Source: Vermamoeba vermiformis (Eukaryota). Taken from it: 64,000 bases of DNA. Shown one piece after another: positions 61,470 to 64,000 of the stretch (its first letter is position 1; every line of letters begins with the position of its first letter). The stretch spans positions 62,001 to 126,000 of the forward strand of contig JBEWZL010000102.1 in assembly GCA_045837725.1 (NCBI GenBank). The letters are read 5' to 3'. The notes beneath the pieces were generated by a model that worked only from the letters and a program-made list of their open reading frames with translations, was not told the DNA's origin and made no database searches. The translations under genes were made by a program, and so were the position numbers.

Positions 61470-63349
61470 TTATGTAAGACCGGCTATCAATAGACAACAG
61501 ACTACAAGCATCATATTTACAGTATTAGCGACGGAATCGCCTCTAGTGAATAACACAAGATTAGGCGAACTAGTATCTAACATCACGATCACTGCTTGGG
61601 TCGCTTTTCCGAGCAGATCTTCTTCGACTTGAGCAGGTTGATAGGTCGGATTTTTTGACAGTATTTGTGCAACGGCACCTATTATACGGAAATGTTATAT
61701 ATGGAGTCATTGGATCATTACGAAAACGTGCACACCTGTCACAAATGGGACTGACATGCTGGTACCGGAAATAGTTTCTGTCGCAGTGTCAGAAGTACTG
61801 TAGCTCTAATAATATAATATATAAGCCGTATAATACTAATATAAGAATGAGTAACAAATACTCACCGAAAGTATATCAGTGCCTGGCGCGAAGAGGTCAA
61901 CGCACTTGCCATAATTAGAGACTAAATGAAATAGCCGTATTAGGTAATCTATAATTAAGTAACGGTAAAATATTAAAATATTGAGGACTTACATGGAGCT
62001 CTATAATCGTTCTGATTAATCGCACCGACTGTCAAAGCTTCGGTAATGGAGCTTGGCGAGTAGTTGCACGCGTCCTATCAATGCATTAGCTTAATGAAGA
62101 TCTCTATATTAGTGATATATATTCATACACTGTTATCATTGCCCGCTGCAACAACGACAGTAATTCCTTCCAACACGAGTGCGCGTACAAAATCACCGAG
62201 GAAATCGCTGGCATCTCCCTCTGCGATTAAATTAATATCATTGGGCGTATTTAATAGTAATATTGGTATTTACCGAATGACATGGACACGACGGCAGGTT
62301 TGATGTAATTTTGACGAATCCAGCTGACGCCCGCCAAGATAGTTGAAGTAGTGCCAATGCCTTGACAATCAAGCACTTTGACTGACCACAGCGTGACATT
62401 TTTTGCAACTCCATAAGTCTTGCCTCCTATAGTACGGTGTTATTGAAACGAGTTCACGAACAGATTCAGGGAGATGTGGATCGAGACGATTTAGAGGTAA
62501 AGTATGAAAGTATCTTGTGTACTAACCGATAATGCCTGATACGTGCGTTCCATGCCCTAAATTAACCGCAAATCAGACACCTTTTGAAATTACATCTAGT
62601 TTTCAAACAATTTTCCGACACTCAAATGACCTCCGTACCATTGCAATCATCCGCGTTATCAAGGGCTGTATATGCATAATTGGCTCTTCCTTCAAACTCT
62701 GAATGCGTTATTCTAATGCCTGAGTCCAAAACATAAACATTGACATTAGATCCGTCGCTGTCATCGATGTATTTTAGGTCTAACGGCTTCAATCGCTGAT
62801 CCACTCGATCTATAACACGTCAATAAATATTTATACATACGACAATAATTTTTGGGACCATACCTAAGCCCCAAGGAGGATTATTTTGGATGCCAGCTAA
62901 AGTGTACTCTTGATCTTGCTCGAATGACTCTACTAGGCCACTATTTAACGAGTCCAACGTAGTGTTCGCTACAACTTGAATATTTGCAAACTGGTTCTTG
63001 TCTTTCCAGCTTTTCAAAACCCGACCCGAGGCGCCATCCGTCAGATTGGCCAATGTTGACTCGACATCGCTCTGTTGGACGCCTACAATAATAAATATTA
63101 GCGACTTAGATTCATATTTCCTATTTAGAAAATAATTTACTAATTCAAGAAGCGGTTTGTCAAGATCGTTAGAATTTGTTCAATTTTAATGAATTCTCTC
63201 TTACCCTCTTTGAAGCGAATCAGATATTGATTAGGAATCTTCTTGCTCTTGCCCTTTGAATTTCCCTTCTTACTAACAGCCCCGATAATAAGCAGTGCCA
63301 AGATCAGTAGCACAAACAGTCGCCGAGATGCGCTACTTAGTCGAGTCAT
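61470..63349 (-). CDS. Subtilisin-like serine protease (proteinase K/S8 family) with an I9-like prodomain and hydrophobic C-terminal tail
   Basis: Signal peptide, IPNQYLIRFK, PWGL|DRVDQ, YVLDSGI (Asp), GHGTHVSG (His), VAAGN and SGTSMSVP (Ser). Confidence 0.92.
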
Positions 63350-63650
63350 TGGTGGTGTTCTGTGTTAATTTGAATAGAAGCTATGAATAAATTAAATTTC
63401 CAGGCGGTAATCGCCACCACAGAAAACGAAACGAATCACGTGTCTAAATAACGATTGGTGATTCAAAACAAAAAGGTTGCACGATTCGGATACGTTATTG
63501 AAGCATATTAACCGAACTGTATTTAAAGCCTAGATCGCCATCAGCTTTCGACTTTCATCGATAATGACTAATTTGGTAAGATCTCCGCAGATTATTAAAA
63601 TAAATTTGAAACGACTCCGGATAATTCGAAAAGAAATTTAAAAATAAAAA

Positions 63651-63998
63651 GACTGAGCCAGGAGTAGTCTGAATTGAGTTACGGCCACAGGACTTGTGGT
63701 CCTGCACACCGCCTTGCGTATTGAACTTAACTTAGTAAGCCACTGTAGCGTGTTCCAGCAGAAGTTGCGCGACTAACCATCACTCGCAGACCCGTCGCTG
63801 CTGGGAAGGTTCCCAACACGAGAAGCCCCCGAGGTCTCGCGGATCGAACGCCGCGCAACCATGACCATTTCTGGTTCTACTAGTGTCCCCTCTAGGAGAC
63901 TCCCTCCAAGGGAATACGGCTCCTCAGACCTTCCCAAACACGTGTGTAATGCGCGAGTATTCGTATGTGAGTGTCTAAACACAAGCTCCGGCCCAGTC
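63651..63998 (-). ncRNA. Nuclear RNase P RNA
   Basis: Minus strand has CR-I GGGAAGGTCTGAG, CR-V AACTCAATTCAGACTACTC (P4 pairing GTCTGA/TCAGAC), TGGAACA and AGTTCAAT. P1 is GACTGGGCCGGAG/CTCCTGGCTCAGTC, followed by a T5 Pol III terminator. Confidence 0.93.
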
Positions 63999-64000
63999 CA

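Noticed and set aside
63773-63982. 69-aa ORF, and the many antisense ORFs in the supplied track
   Set aside because: This ORF overlaps the RNase P RNA; the others are shadows of real exons on the opposite strand or frame.

Overview
AT-rich, intron-dense eukaryotic nuclear DNA (short GT-AG introns, CTAAY branch points). The gene content suggests a free-living amoeba or similar protist (inference). About 28 protein-coding loci, three tRNA-Glu genes and the nuclear RNase P RNA gene are recognisable. The main finding is at about 46.9-50.2 kb: an apparently intact RasGAP domain is spliced in frame to a PRXL2/SelU(AhpC-TSA)-like thioredoxin-fold domain. Its redox motif reads RHFG-U-LLC, with the TGA codon split by an intron (TG|A), and a canonical-looking type II SECIS hairpin lies about 150 nt after the stop. 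This is a probable RasGAP-selenoprotein fusion that ORF callers would miss. Other notable items: a triple-DIX-domain protein; a Crinkler-like SAM-NTPase-REase gene between ~290-bp direct repeats in an FBXO11-like tandem pair; an intronic tRNA-Glu in a CTDSPL2-like gene with a ~570-bp inverted duplicate 5.3 kb away; a SAM-RAMA-like-HMG protein; periodic GTGTCA arrays in introns; and many apparent frameshifts, almost all +1, in fast-evolving gene families. All calls come from reading motifs by eye with no database searches, and exon boundaries of less conserved genes are approximate.
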